From: Chiloscyllium plagiosum | Taxonomy: Eukaryota | Direction: 5' to 3' | Assembly (NCBI RefSeq): GCF_004010195.1 | Contig: NC_057719.1 | Location: 80,453,868-80,517,867 of the forward strand | DNA: 64,000 nt | Shown: positions 20,971 through 34,312 of the stretch, piece by piece | Numbering within the stretch: position 1 is the stretch's first letter | Layout of the letters: each line of letters starts with the position of its first letter | Program-made: the position numbers and the translations under genes | The notes under the pieces: generated by a model | Databases searched by the model: none | Told to the model about the DNA's origin: nothing | The model's input: the letters and a program-made list of their open reading frames with translations, nothing else

Positions 20971-23840
20971 CCAGGGCAGACTGGGACTCGAGTAACCAGA
21001 GAGTGGTTGGGGAGGTTTTAAACTAAATTGGCAGGGGTACGGAGTCAGAGGAAAGGGAATCAAAGACAAGAACAAAAAACAGGGAAGCAAATAACAGAAA
21101 AGATAGGAAGAGGAATCAAAAACCAAGGCCATTGTTAAAAAAAATGTTGGGAATGGGGTAAGGAATGTTGAAAAGCCTTCATGTTTGTTCCCTGAACACA
21201 TGGAGCATTTGAAATAAAGTAGATAATCATGCAAATAGATGTAAACAGGTATGATTATAGAGACATAGTTGCAGGGTGACAAGGGAAGGAAATCAGGGAT
21301 ATTCAATATTCAGGAAGGACAGAGAAAATGGAGTTGAATTACTGGTTAAAGAGGATTGTTCACACAATGTTGAGAAAAGCTCTTAACTCAGACAATGTAG
21401 AATCTGTGTGGATAGAATTAAAAAATACCAAGGGGCGACAAATATCATTGGGGTGCGTGATTGTAACCTGCGTTTAGATTGGGTAAATCAAAATACCATT
21501 AAGGAAGAATTGCGAGAGTGTCTACAGGATGGTTTTCTGGACCAAAACCTTGATGAACCAATTAGAGAACAGGCCATCTTAGACTTGACCATATGCAATG
21601 GGAAAGGAATAAATGGTAATGCTGTTGTGAAAGACCCCTTAGAGATGAGCGACCACAGTATGATAGAATTCTTCAACAAGATGGAGAATGAGGTAACTGA
21701 TTTTGAGACTCAGGTCCTGAATTTTAATAAGGAAAACTCCGAGGCATGAGTTGGCTGTGATACATTGGGATATGTTACTGAAAGAATGTCAGTGGATAGG
21801 CAATGGCAAACATTCAAAGAGTGAATGGATGAACTGCAAAACAATGATTTATTTCTCTCTGGGGCAAGAGTGCAAAACGAGCAGTGGCCAAATCATGGCC
21901 TACAAGGGAAGCTGGTGATAGTATCAGATGCAAAAAAGAGGCATGCAACTTGCAAGAAAAAAACAATAGACCTGCAGAATGGGAACAGTTTAGAAGTCAG
22001 CAAAGGAGGACCAAGGGATTGATTACAAAAGGGAAAGTACAGTATGAGGGCAAGCTTGTGGGGAACATGAGAACTGACTGTAAAAGTGTCTACACTTACG
22101 TAAAGAGAAAAAGATTGGTAAAAACTAAAGTACATCCCTTACAGTCAGAAATGGGGAACATTATAATGGGGAATAAAGAATTGCTTGACCAGCTAAGTTT
22201 AAATTTCACTTCTGATTTCACAAAGGAGGACAGAAATAATGCATCCGGAGTAATGGGGAACACAAGATTGTGAGACGGAGGAATTGAAGCAAATTTGTAT
22301 TAGTAGAGAAATGGTGTTGGAGAAATTGATGGGACCGCAGGCTGATAAATCCCCAAGGCCTGATAATCTACATCCCAGAGTACTTAAGGAGGTGGCCCAT
22401 TGGACTAATGGATACATTTGTGGTCATCTTCCAAGAGTCTTTAGATACTGGAACAGTTCCTACAGATTGGAGTGTAATTAATGTAACCCCACTATTTAAA
22501 AAGGCATGGAGAGAGAAAACAGGGAATTATAGACCAGTTGGTAATGAGGAAGATGCTAGAGTACATTATCAAAGATTTTATGGCAGAGCATTTAGAAAAC
22601 AGTTATAGAATCAGACACAGTCAGCAAGGATTTACAAAAGGAAAATCATGTTTGACAAATCTGCATCAAGGATGTAACAAGTAGAGTTGATCAGGGGAGC
22701 CAGTGGATGTTGTTTATTTGAACTTTCAGAAGGCTTCTGACAAAGTCTCGGACAAGAAATCAGTGTGTAAACTGAACGGGATTGAGGATAGTGTATTGAG
22801 ATAGAAAATTGGTTCACAGACAGGAAACAAAGAGTAGGAATAAATGGGTCTTTTTTGAATGGCAGGCTGTGACTAGTGGGGTACCGCAAGGATCGGTGCT
22901 ATGATCCCATGTTATATATTATAACATCACAATATATGTTAATGATTTAGATGAGGGAACTAAATGTAATATCTCAAAATTTGCAGATGTCATTAAGGGT
23001 GAGCTGCTGTGAGGAGGGTGTAAAGATGTTGCAGTGTGAGTTGGGTAGGCTGAATGTGTGGCCAAATGCCTGGCAGATGCTATATAATATGGATAAATGT
23101 GAGTTTATCCACTTTGGTAGCAAGAATAGGAAAGTAGATTATTACTTGAATGGCTGTAAATTGAGAGAAGGGAATTTTCAATGAGATCTAGGCATCTTAG
23201 TATACCAGTGACTGAACGTAAGTGCGCAGGTTCAGCAGGCAGTAAAGAAAGCGAACTGTATGTTGTCCTTTAAACCGAGAGGATTTGATTACAGGAACAA
23301 AGGTGTCTTGATGCAATTATACATTGGTGAGGCCACACCTGGAATAGTGCATGCAGTTGTGGCCACCTTGTCTGAGGAAGGAAGTTCTTGCTAGAGAGGG
23401 AGTGCAGAAAAGACTTACCAAACTGATTCCTGGGATGGCAGGACTGATGTAGGGGGAGAGATTCAGTGGAGGTAGGATTGTATTCTCTGGGGTTTAGAAG
23501 AATGGAGTATGGGGGGCATGTTTCTGATGGTGGGGGGAGGCCAGAACCTGAGGTCATAGTTTTATGATGAGGGGTAGACCTTTCAGGAGTGAGATGAGGA
23601 GAACCTTCTTTACCTAGAGGGTGGTGAGCCTGTGGAATTCACTATCACAGCAAGTATTTGAAGCCAAAACAATATGAGGATTTAAGAAGGAGGTCAATAT
23701 AGCTCTTGCAGCTAAAGGGAATAAGGGATATAGGGGAGGATGGGATTAGGGTATTGAGCTCGATAATCAGTCACATAGAATGACGGAGCAGGTTCAAGCA
23801 ACTGAATGGTCTACTCCCACACTCATTTTCTATGTTTTGA
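20971..23840 (+). mobile_element. Long decayed CR1 LINE (end of ORF1, endonuclease, RT, 3' UTR)
   Basis: DGFLDQ..EPIREQAILDL..DPLEMSDHSMIEF; KSPRPDNLHPRVLKEVA; NVTPLFKK..REKTGNYRPV; WQMLYNMDKCEFIHFG. Confidence 0.92.
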
Positions 23841-24489
23841 AGTATCTGTGCTCACGGTCTCACTAGTTTTTCAGGTTGTTTCTTTATGTTCATGATTGCT
23901 TTGCTACTGTTCCATTGGGAACACTTCTCGCTCATCTGGATTCCATTCAGTCAGTTCACCTGAGTTGCTTGGCTATATTTCTCCACTAAGAATTCTGGCT
24001 CAGTTATAAGTATATCTGTTTCTTGCCACCTTACTGAAATGGATGCCTTTTTAACTGATATTTATCAAGCTAGTATGGATCTCTCAGCAAGGCAGTAACC
24101 CTTGGTTCTGTGTCAAATACTGGAATTGTCAATAAGGTAAAATAAATTGTCTAAGCAACTCAAGTTCACAACTGAATGTTTCTGTTAAGGAGCTTTGATG
24201 AAATAATGAAGGACATGTCGACACTTCAGCAGTAAGAAGAACTAAGAACAGGCATCTGCCTCAGGTAGAACTAATTCCTGGTTTGTAATCTTCTTCAATG
24301 GTCTGTTTGCTCCCAATCAGTGACAAGAGAGGAAGTTAGTTCAGGAATAGTGGGGCCTCTTGTAGTATAACAGCATTATCCTAACTCTGAGTGAGCCCAG
24401 ATTCAAGTTCCCACTTGTTCCCCATATCTATATAGAAAGCTTCTCCCCCTTTTCACTTCCCTACACCAAATCCATCCGAATATCATCTG

Positions 24490-25370
24490 AAAACCTTGCT
24501 GCGTGCTCTGAGATGGATGAAGAAAGTAAACGTAAGTTTGTTGATAGCACAAAATAGGTGGGAAGGCAAGTGGCAAGGATGACACGATGAGTCTGCAGGG
24601 AACACAAACATTTTAAGTGAATGGTCAAACATTTGACAGATAGAATATAAAGTGTGAAAGGGTGAGGTTATGCACCTTGGCAGGAAAAGCTGAATATTAC
24701 TTCAACGTAGAGAGAGAGACTGCAGGAACCTCCAGAGCAGAGGGATGTGAGAGTGCTCGTCGATGAATCACAAAACCATAGCAGCCAACTTTCAGGATGT
24801 AATAGGAAAGGCTACTGGAATGTTGTCCATTATTATGAAGGGAATGGACCAGAAAACAAGGGAGGAATTGCTAGAACTGTAAAAGGCACTAGTCAGACCA
24901 CAGCTGGAACATCGTGAACAGTTTTGGGCACATTACCCAAGGAAAGACTGACTGGCATTGGAAGCATCCAGGTTGATAATGGGTATGGAGGGACTATCTT
25001 ATGAGGGGAGATTAAGTAGATTGGGCATGTACTCATACAAATTTTAAAAAATGAGAGGCAACCTTTTGAAACAGGCAGAGCTCTTAGGTGACTTGCCAAG
25101 GTAGATGTGGAAGGGTCGTTTTCCCTTATTGGGAGAGTCCAAGACTAAAGGGCATAATCTCAGAGTAAGAAGTTGCTTTTGAGACACAGATGAGGAGGAA
25201 TTTCCTCTCTCAGAGTGCAGTGAATCTTGCAGAATTCTTTACCACAGAGGGCTGTTGAGGCTGGGTACATTCAAGACTGAGATAGATAGATTTTTAATCA
25301 GTGAGGGAATCAAGGGAATGGGGAAAAGGCAGGAAAGTCAAGCTGAGAATGATCAGATAAGATCAGCCAT
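24490..25370 (+). mobile_element. Decayed CR1 LINE 3' region
   Basis: agtttgttgatagcacaaaataggtgg (FADDTKIG-like), agtcagaccacagctggaa, gatgaggaggaatttcctctctcagag. Confidence 0.85.
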
Positions 25371-26085
25371 GGGAGTGATGATCACCAACGACCTGTCCAT
25401 CCACCCATGTCGAGAAATGGTCAAGAAAGAACAACAATGTCTCTACTTCCTCAGGAGCCTAAGGAAATTTGGCATATCCACAAGGGCTCTTACCAATTTT
25501 TATAGATGATGTGGACTGGGTTGGGCAAGGTCAAAAATCAAATGATATCTGGCTGTAGTCCAAAAGGCTTATTTGAAATTTTTATAGATGCACCATAGAA
25601 AGCATTCTGTCCGCCGCATCACAGAGTGGTTTGGCAACTGCTCTGCCCAAGACCGCAAGAAACTACAGAGATTTGTGAACACAGCCCAGTCCAACACACA
25701 AACCAGCCTTCCATCCATTGATTCCATCTATACTTCCCTCTACCTCAGGAAAGCAATAATCAAAAACCCCTCCCATCCCGGTTATGCTCTCTTGCAACCT
25801 CTTCTGTCTGGCAGAAGGTATAAAGACTTGTATACTCATACGAATAGATTCAAGATCAGCTTCTTCCCTGCTGTTATTACACTTCTGAATGGACCTCTTA
25901 AATTGTACATTCAATGCTGATCTCACTCCCTGTGCACCTTCTGTGCAGCTGCAACATTATATTCTTCGCTCTGTTCTATTACCCTAACACATTTGTATGG
26001 TAAGATCTGTCTGTACTGCCCGTAAAACGAAACTCTTCACTGTACTTAGGTACATGCGACAATAATAAATCAAACCAAATCAAGA
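25371..26085 (+). mobile_element. Rex1/Babar-type LINE 3' end
   Basis: KKEQQCLYFLRSLRKFGISTRALTNFYR; WFGNCSAQDRKKLQRFVNTAQ...PSHPG...SGRRY...TNRFKISFFP; tail gacaataataaatcaaac. Confidence 0.88.
25509..25576. mobile_element. 68-bp insertion with 14-bp TSD, probably the terminus of another PLE family
   Basis: TSD aatttttatagatg at 25495-25508 and 25577-25590; it interrupts the Rex1 frame between ...NFYR and CTIES. Confidence 0.7.
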
Positions 26086-26789
26086 CTTATGGTCTTATAA
26101 ATTATTGCAATCTTATCTCCAATAAACTCAGCACCTCCTGCAGCCACAATATTCCTCCCCTTTAAGCGATGAAGGTTACCTTTAAGTACTGCTGTTTCAT
26201 TTTATATCATGCTATTGCAAGAGATGATTTTGAGGCCCTGTTTGATGAACAGTGTGGCTAGTGCTGGCTGCATACAACAGTCATTATAATTAGCAAGTAA
26301 TATTGTTTATACATTTATTGTATTATGCTAAATTGAAGGGGTGCGGGTAAGCACATTCCAATTCCCACATTCACTTGCGGGAGTTATCTACAATGAACCA
26401 ATCCGGTATTATTGCTGTAACGGTGTGTAGGTAGACACCCATTTTGGTTCAAACCGGTCCGTCTAATGAAGTTAAGCATTCCAGGTCATGTTGCAAATGT
26501 CAGCCATGTAAATGCTACTGAAATGCACATGGACGAGTCATGAACACACAACCACCTGAGAGTGAAATATCGGTATCCCAAACCTCTTCAACATCCACCC
26601 ACCCAACTGCACACTGCCCCTCCACTCTCCAACACTCACTGACCTTCCGTTTCTCCTTTCTATCGTACAATCTATCACTTCACAACCCCGATAAGGCGGA
26701 TACATTCAGAACGTTAACACGTTGATTGTGTTTTCACTTTCTGCCTCTCAGTTGAGTATTCTTTTTTGATGGGCATCTTTAACAGCCAG

Positions 26790-26872
26790 GAAATGTGTTG
26801 CTGAAAAAGCGCAGCAGGTCAGGCAGCATCCAGGGAACAGGAGAATCGACGTTTCGGGCATAAGCCCTTCTT
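26790..26872 (-). mobile_element. PLE terminal-repeat fragment with partial hammerhead core
   Basis: aaatgtgttgctgaaaaagcgcagcagg...gaatcgacgtttcgggcataagcccttctt. Confidence 0.9.
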
Positions 26873-27559
26873 GGAGTTAATAATTACTCAGCTTGTAAAG
26901 GTTTTACAAACCATTCATGTGTTTCATGTTACACGCTGTTTATGTTGAATTTATAGCACCTAGACAGATTTTTTGCCCACCTGGTCAATGCCTGTGTTTA
27001 TGCATCATACAATCCTTCTCCCATATTCTTCACATCAATGTAACCTATTCCTTTCTCCTTCATGTACTGACTAGCTGCCTCTTCAGCAGAATTTCTTCCA
27101 CCATTCCAAGTACTAGAAAGTTCAACATGCTTACCAATCAATTGCCTCCTGAATTCTTTACTGGATTTAATCGTGACTGTTTTACGTTTATGTTTTCTGG
27201 TCATTGAATACTCCATGAATTGAAATATTTTATTTATGTCAACCCTACCAAATCTCACGTGGAGACACAGCTCGAGGGCTGAAGGCCTCTTTCAAGCTCC
27301 TCTTCAAAAAAAGCACAAGCTGATGCAATTATTCCCTCTCATGTTTGGGGAAGTTGAGTTTTCTGCATGTTACAAATGCACCAAGAGCACAAAGCCAATG
27401 CCTGCTTGCTTACACAGTGGAGAATTACTTGCGGAAAGTAATATTTAACCCTTTCCGGCAGCTTTCTGAATTTTGAGCTTTGATCAAAACCCTCTGGTGA
27501 TTTACCCTTGCGGTATTGAATAAGGAGGTGGTCACCACGGCATCCATTGGTGCCTTTTT

Positions 27560-27980
27560 TATCTGCACCTCCCTCCTGTGGTTGAAGTAGGAGCTCGTGA
27601 AGACTTGCTGACACCTTTATCGGCAGGGCGGGAGGGGGCTCGGTTTCCCAAGCACGTGGGGCAGTGCCGGCAGCAACAATCGGTGACAGCAGTGGAGGCA
27701 TGACAGGCGGTTTGCCCGGCAATTGGAAGTGGCATTGGTGTTGGCAAAGGCTCAGTGGACCAAGTCCCAGGAGGACGCTGACTGAAACTCAAGGCCAGGA
27801 CTAGGCCCAGGGAGGTAAGACTTTAAGGTCTGAATGTTTTTCTTTTGGCTGTTTCTTCTTTATTTCTTCTTTTTTTAAAAAAAAATCTCTCTTTGCATTT
27901 TGGCACCTTTGTCCACTTTTCACTGTTCTCCTGTATACTTGAGTACACATGACAATAAAACCTAATTCTAATTCTAATTC
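27560..27980 (+). mobile_element. GC-rich non-autonomous element with Rex1-like tail
   Basis: Ends ttttcactgttctcctgtatacttgagtacacatgacaataaaa(cctaattcta)n; related end at about 32095-32165. Confidence 0.6.
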
Positions 27981-28199
27981 ATGAGGCCATAGATTGTTCT
28001 GTACCACTAGGGTGTCAAATGGGAAAAGAGGGAGATTGATGTCTGAAAGCTCAAAGAAGGTTTCTCAAATTGAAGACTCTCAGCAAAATGAAAGAATCGA
28101 AGAATTCCAGCAGCTTCTGAGAATTAATCTTGCTGTTAGTTCTATCCCATAAACAATTGAGTGGCAATTTACTGACAGAAGAGAATTCTTAGAGGCCCA

Positions 28200-28552
28200 G
28201 GTATTTTATGAGCAGAGATGCTTATGGAGAAATTGAACTGGACTGTGCAAAATCATGAAAGGTTCAGATAGAATGGAAGAGGAGAAAATGTTTCCATTGA
28301 CAAGGGGTTGGTAACCAGAAGATATAGGTTGAGGTTTATAAGGGGAGGTGGGGACAATATTTAACAGAGCGGTATGATCAGAAATGCACCGCTTGAACAA
28401 GAGTAGCTTCAATATTAACTTTCAATTGGGTGGATGTTTGAAAAGCAAAGCAAAGTGTAGAGAATGTAGACTGGGATTAACTGCATAGTTGTTTCAAAGA
28501 GCCAGCACAAGCACCGTGGGTAGAATGGCCTTCTTCTGCACTGTATGAATTA
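28200..28552 (+). mobile_element. Decayed CR1 3' fragment
   Basis: caaaatcatgaaaggttcagatagaatg...gaatggccttcttctgcactgtat. Confidence 0.7.
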
Positions 28553-28889
28553 ATTGAATGACGTCCTGTTCTAATTACTCAATTATTCATCAGGCAGCTT
28601 GGACAGCAAAAGCAATTTACAGGCAATTCAGTTGCAGGGCGCATCTCATGTGAGCCTGCATTTTGTCTGAAATGATTGTTCTATAATCCAGCAGCAGCAT
28701 CTGCTGACTGACATTCAGAGCCAGGGATTCATTGGTTATATTTACCACATTGATGCATAATCATAGAAATGAGTTCAACTTCCCACCTACACCCTTTCCC
28801 CTCAAACTTCCCTCCCTGAGACCCCCTCCCCCACTTCATTGAGATCAGATAATCCAATATTCATATGGTACTGTGAATTAAGGAATAAA

Positions 28890-29370
28890 TCACATTGGCA
28901 GGTTCCTTCTTGACGATGTAAAAGGTAGACAATAGATCAGATGGAGGTGTGCAAATATTAAAAGGGATCAATGGCGTAGAGTATGGGGAAGGAGTGACTT
29001 CATTGGTTATGGATGAAATCTATAATAAGAGAGGAGATAGGTAGCAATAAGAAGAGGTTATGCATACATTAATGAAATAGAAAAGAATTGGTGATTGAAA
29101 AGGGATTGTGTATACATTCCCAGAAGTTGCTGTGAATTGGTACCTTGTATAAGTGGTAGGATTGACAAAGCATTGCAACATAGGCAGAGTGCTTCAAATG
29201 GGAAATTTTAACTTCGATATAGATTGGGACTAAGCAGACCAACACATACCAGCAAGGTCGTGAGTGTTTAGACTCATAGTTATAACGAGTTATACAGCTA
29301 GTGATACAGGATAGTCATTTGAAACAACATTTCCTTGAACCTATAAGGGGGTAAGGTAAGAGGTGAAGTC
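28890..29370 (+). mobile_element. Decayed CR1 endonuclease fragment
   Basis: atgggaaattttaacttcgatatagattggga (GDFN..IDW-like) and ggatagtcatttgaaacaac. Confidence 0.55.
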
Positions 29371-29389
29371 AGAATGACAGGCCTTGATA

Positions 29390-30378
29390 CCAAGGCCACA
29401 TTTGATCAAGTGTGACATGAAGGAACCTGATAAAACTGGAATCGACGGGAGTCAGAGGGAAAACTCTCCACTAGTCATACCTGGTGCAAAGGAAGATGAC
29501 TGCGGTTGTCGGAGACCATTCATCTCAGCACCAGACATCTCTGTAGAAAATCCTCCAGGCAGTGTCCCAGGTCCAACCATTCAGCTGCTTCACCGATGAC
29601 CTTCCCTCCATCAAAAGGTCAGAAGTGGGGATATTTGCACAGTGTTCGGCACTATTTGGGACTCCTCATATACTGAAGCAGCCCACATCCATGTACAGCA
29701 AGATCTGGACAATGTCTAACTTGGGCTGAAAAAAGGTCAGCAATATTCACTAGACAATACATGTCCAACAAGGGGGCATGCTCAGGGACTGGAACCTATT
29801 GCAGTCTGAGCACATCTCCAACATTGAGATAGCGTGGCTGCAGAACCACCTTCCTCTGTATCAGCTCCCTGTCATGGTGCAGTTCAGGAGGAACTGTGAC
29901 TATATCAGCCCACAACTGGGACCAATTGGCATTCCTTGGAGATCATGCAAAAATCCAACAGCTTTTCCTTCTGATCGAAAGAACATTGGTTAGTTCCTCC
30001 AACAACACAGCACTCCCACTAACTCTGCAATGGCAAACCGGCAGTCAAAACCGCTTCACCTGAGTCTGGGTCAACATCCTGGAATTCCCAGTGGCATTGA
30101 GGGTCAACCTACATTTATTCAATCCTGAAACTTAACTCATTCATTTAACAAATTAAACTTCATTCATTGATTCAATGAAATGAGCTTCACTCATTCATTC
30201 AACGAATCAAACTTCATTCCTTAATGCAGTGACTGAAATTTTACTCATTCGTTTATTGAAGCAAACTTCAAGCTTTGATACAAGCTTTGATTCAAGAAGG
30301 CAGCTCCTTCTTAAGGGAAACTACAGGTGGGGCCGACCCAGCCAGCAAATGCCCATGTCTCATGAGTGAATTAAAAAA
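29390..30378 (+). mobile_element. Fragmented CR1-group LINE (second family)
   Basis: QDIS...PPGSVPGPTI, gtcagaagtggggatatttgc and cagcaagatctggacaat match 54255-54518 in reverse; tail at 30290-30378. Confidence 0.75.
30114..30270. repeat. 27-bp degenerate minisatellite, about 5.5 units
   Basis: Units start at 30128, 30155, 30182, 30209, 30236 and 30263; consensus approximately aaacttcactcattcattcaatgaat. Confidence 0.85.
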
Positions 30379-31699
30379 AGGTCGGTGATGTCTTGATACC
30401 TTGTATGTTTAAGATAGGCCATTAATAGCAAGTTCCAAAATTTCCAAAGGGTTGTTCTGTATTAAATCAGTGTGGCATGCTGACTGATGCACGGTCTGTC
30501 CACTCTGTAAAATGCCAGTGAAACTCCAACAGGCGTTACGCATCACAATGTTACAAACAGAGCCGAACCCCACCAAGATCTTCCTAACCCTAGTCCTGTA
30601 AATACCGGAGCCGTGGGGACCAATTCTGTGACTAGCAAGTAGAGAAAGAAATGATGGTTTTCATTGACCTTCCAATGTGAACAGCAGCATAAACACAGGT
30701 TCTCCTTGAGGTGAGCTTCATTTCCTTGTGTAGAATCAATAACGCTGAACAAGGCAGCTTTCTATCTTGTACAAGCATCTCCTACAGACACGGAGTTTGT
30801 GATAACTAATCGCATCACTGCCAGGGGAAAGAAATAGGATTTCCAATTTCCAGCAGCAGTTACTATCTGTTCATTATTTGTTAAGCATTTATTAGGCCTG
30901 TGACAGACATCTACCTTAGTGTCATAGAATGTACACAGCCCACTAATTCTCCCCACTGCCACACTGCAGTTTGACACAGATGTTGCATGCCATTGGGAGA
31001 TTTAGTTTCCTCAAGCCTTTTATGGTACACTGCAAGAACCAAAAACTCATTGAATTTAGCAATGTTTTCATGACCAATCCTTTGGGCCCTTTCTGCCTTT
31101 CAATTAAATCATGGCTGATCTGTATCTCACTCCATCATAACTAACAAAAACCTATCAGTTCGAAAATCTGTCGCAGTTATTATCCCGGAAGTGCAATGCG
31201 CCATTCATACCTTCTGCACACAGAAGAATGCAGAAGGCTGTGAATAAATCATTTTTAAAATGTCACATAATCTGTAGGCTGCTTGTTCTCTGAATGCCAG
31301 CGTCCAAGTGAAAGGGTAATCTCGTTGATCAGTGCAGACACATTATTTGCTGAATACTTACACTTGCCACTGGCTCCTTCCTTTTATTCAGTACAGCAGC
31401 GGTGGATTCATAAGCGGGACCATACATGGCCTCAACAGAATTTATTTTATATTGTAGTGTTCGCATGAATGCAAATTCTCTACTGATTTTCCATCCTCTG
31501 TACTGGGCTTTGAATGAATTATTCTGCACAAAACAGCAACATTTTATGGGATGATAATTTCCTCCTTAACAGAATTAGCACAGCACAAAACTTGCATTTT
31601 ATGAATCTAGCCAATGGTAACTTCCAAGTGGGACAGAAAGAGGGTGAGGTGGATCATATTTTATCCTCTACAGAGTGCACTCCGACTCAATTTGTGGTG

Positions 31700-32166
31700 C
31701 ACCTGGTAAAGTGAAGTAAAGTGGAGCAGGATTGAGGTGCACTTTGGAAGTCAGTGAGCGGAATTACATAACATCCACCTCACGGAAACAGATCACATGC
31801 CTCAATGGGTCAATGTTCATGTCCAACACAAATACTCTTCCACTCCTCCTCAAGCAGCAGCAAGAGCAAAGCTCCTCATGGTGATCGATGTGAGACTCGC
31901 AGGCTGACTGAGACTTCAGGCTGTGGCTAGGCCTGTATGCCTGCAATGATGGTGCCAAACATCTTTGTGGAGATAAGACTTAGACTTTAATAACTGGATG
32001 TTTTTATTATCGTTTGGTTTTCTTTTATTTCTGCTGTTGTATTTTCTTCATTCTAGTTTTATAACCAGGATAGCGCCAGAGAATGGCAAATTTATTCACT
32101 GTTCACTGCACACTCATGTATTCCTAGACTTGAGTACACCTAACAATAAAATCTAATTCTAATTCT
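31700..32166 (+). mobile_element. Second non-autonomous element with Rex1-like tail
   Basis: agactttaa...tttattcactgt...acttgagtacacctaacaataaaatctaattctaattc. Confidence 0.55.
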
Positions 32167-32229
32167 CCTCATCAAAGATTATGAATAAATCCTTCAGTTC
32201 TTTCTTAATTAAGCCTGTTTATGCTGTTC

Positions 32230-33955
32230 GCAGATGACACAAAATGTGGAATTATTTTAAACTATGAGAAGGGAAATAAGAGTCAAGAGGACTTAGGCTG
32301 GTGAAATGGAAGGGAAGTAATCTGCGTTGACATGGGTACCAGTAACGTGGAGAGGATGAGCAACGAGAGATTGAATTAAAAAGCAGAATTACAAAGGTAA
32401 TCATCTCCAGGTTACTACTGGAGTCAAGCGCAAATTGTCATAGCGCAAATATGATTAGAAAATTGAACTTATAGCTCAAAAGTTGTGTGGGAGAAATTGT
32501 TTTCAGTTCATGGGGCCTTGGTACCAATACTCAGGTAATAGCTCTACTATTAAGAGAGACTCTGTTTGAATCATATTGGGACCAGTGTCCTGGTGAGTCA
32601 AATAGCTCAGACTGTGGCAGGGAGCTTTGAACAGAACAGTTGAATTTAGTATTCAGGTGGGAGGAATTTAGAAAGTTAAAGAAAGGGATAAGGCAATAGT
32701 TTTGGGTGGTCATATATTGTAGACAATGATGACCAGAATATGATAAAGCACACAAACAAAGCTCTGGCAAAGCTAAGATCAGTCACAGGAAGATTGATAA
32801 ACAGAGTAAAATTAGCACACGCATCATTTGTAACTAATAGAACTCAATAGTTAGGATGTGAATGTCATTACAGAGATTTGGTTGCAAGATGCCCAAAAGG
32901 GCAGCATGGTGGCTCAGTGGTTAGCACTGCTACCTCACAGCATCAGGGTCCCAGGTTCGATTCTAGCCTCGGACTGTCTGTGTGGAGTTTGCACATTCTC
33001 CCCGTGTCTGTGTGGTTTCCTCCGTGTGCTCCGGTTTCCTCCCACAGTCTAAAGATATGCAGGTTAGGTAGATTGGCCATGCTAAATTGCCCATAGTATC
33101 CAGGAATGAGCAGGTTAGGCGGATTAGCCATGGGGAATGCAGGCTACAGGGATAGGGTAGGGGGTGCGTCGGGATGGGATGCTCTTCAGTGGGTCAGTGC
33201 GGACGCGACGGGCTGGATGTCTGCTTCCACACTTCAGGATTCGGTAATTCTACGAAAACTGTAGCTTGAATATTCAATGGCATTTGACATCTCAGACACA
33301 TGGGATGAAATGAAACGGAGGTGGTACAGCTCTGTTAATAAAGGGTGAGATCAGTACAGTCATGAGAGATGATCTTGACTCAGAACATCAAGATGCAGCA
33401 TCAGTTTGAAGAGATAAGGCATATCAAAGCAAAGAAATCACTGATGTTTAGAGCCTCCCGAACAATAGCTACACTTCAGGACAAAGTAAGTATTAAGAAA
33501 TAAGGGGGGCTTGTAAGCAAGAAGCACAATAATTGTAGACAATGTTAAGCTTAGTATAGTTTGGATAATTCAAATTGGCCAAAATGATCTTCAGGATGAG
33601 CTCCCATCGTGTATTTGAGGCAGTTTAATACAATAATGTGTTCTGGAACCAACCAAGGAATTGGCTGTTTTACGTTTGGTAACATGAAACATGACAGAAT
33701 TGTTCAGACTCTCACAGTAAAGGAGCCTCTGGGAGAGGATGATCACAACATGACAAAAGTGCCCATTCTGTTTAATGATGAGAGTCTCGGATGAGGAACT
33801 AGTGTCTTAAATTTAAGTAAAGTCAATTAAAAAGGCAGGATAACCGATTCGATTAAATCGGACTCAAGAAATAGATTAAAAATTAAGAGGATTGAAAAGT
33901 AATGGCAAACATTTAAGAAAGCATTTTATAATTCTCAATAAAGATCTATCCCCGT
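32230..33955 (+). mobile_element. Old CR1 (ORF1 esterase and endonuclease remnants) interrupted by a SINE
   Basis: aaggtaatcatctccaggttactac, ITEIWLQ (32864-32887), VKEPLGEDDHNM. Confidence 0.75.
32898..33252 (+). mobile_element. HE1-type V-SINE, full length
   Basis: gggcagcatggtggctcagtggttagcactgc...ccaggttcgattc...gtctgtgtggagtttgcacattctccccg...ttccacact. Confidence 0.93.
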
Positions 33956-34226
33956 TTATCATGTCTGGGGCAAATATCAGGAACTGTGCAGGGCAGATCT
34001 GGAGTGACCAGGATGTATCCTGTGCACAATGGGCTTTTGAAGATGATGTGGATTCAAAGAGATAATTCTAGGATTACTGCTGAGTGGCGGCTTGCTGTTT
34101 GAAAAGTGTGAGATAAAATAGGGTGGAAATCAAATGTGAGAGACTCCATATGGATGTAGTAAGTAATGAGTGAGGGGTATTTGGTAAAGTACAGCAAAGC
34201 AATTCACAAGGCCTTACAGCATAATG

Positions 34227-34312
34227 AAGGGCTTTTGCCCGAAACGTCGATTTTACTGCTCCTCGGATGCTGCCTGAACTGCTGTGGTTTTCCAGCACCA
34301 CTCTAATCTAGA
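34227..34312 (+). mobile_element. PLE terminal-repeat insertion with 14-bp TSD
   Basis: aagggcttttgcccgaaacgtcga...; TSD cttacagcataatg at 34213-34226 and 34313-34326. Confidence 0.92.

Noticed and set aside
30114..30270. CRISPR-like array
   Set aside because: Contiguous degenerate units without unique spacers, in a eukaryotic context with no cas genes.
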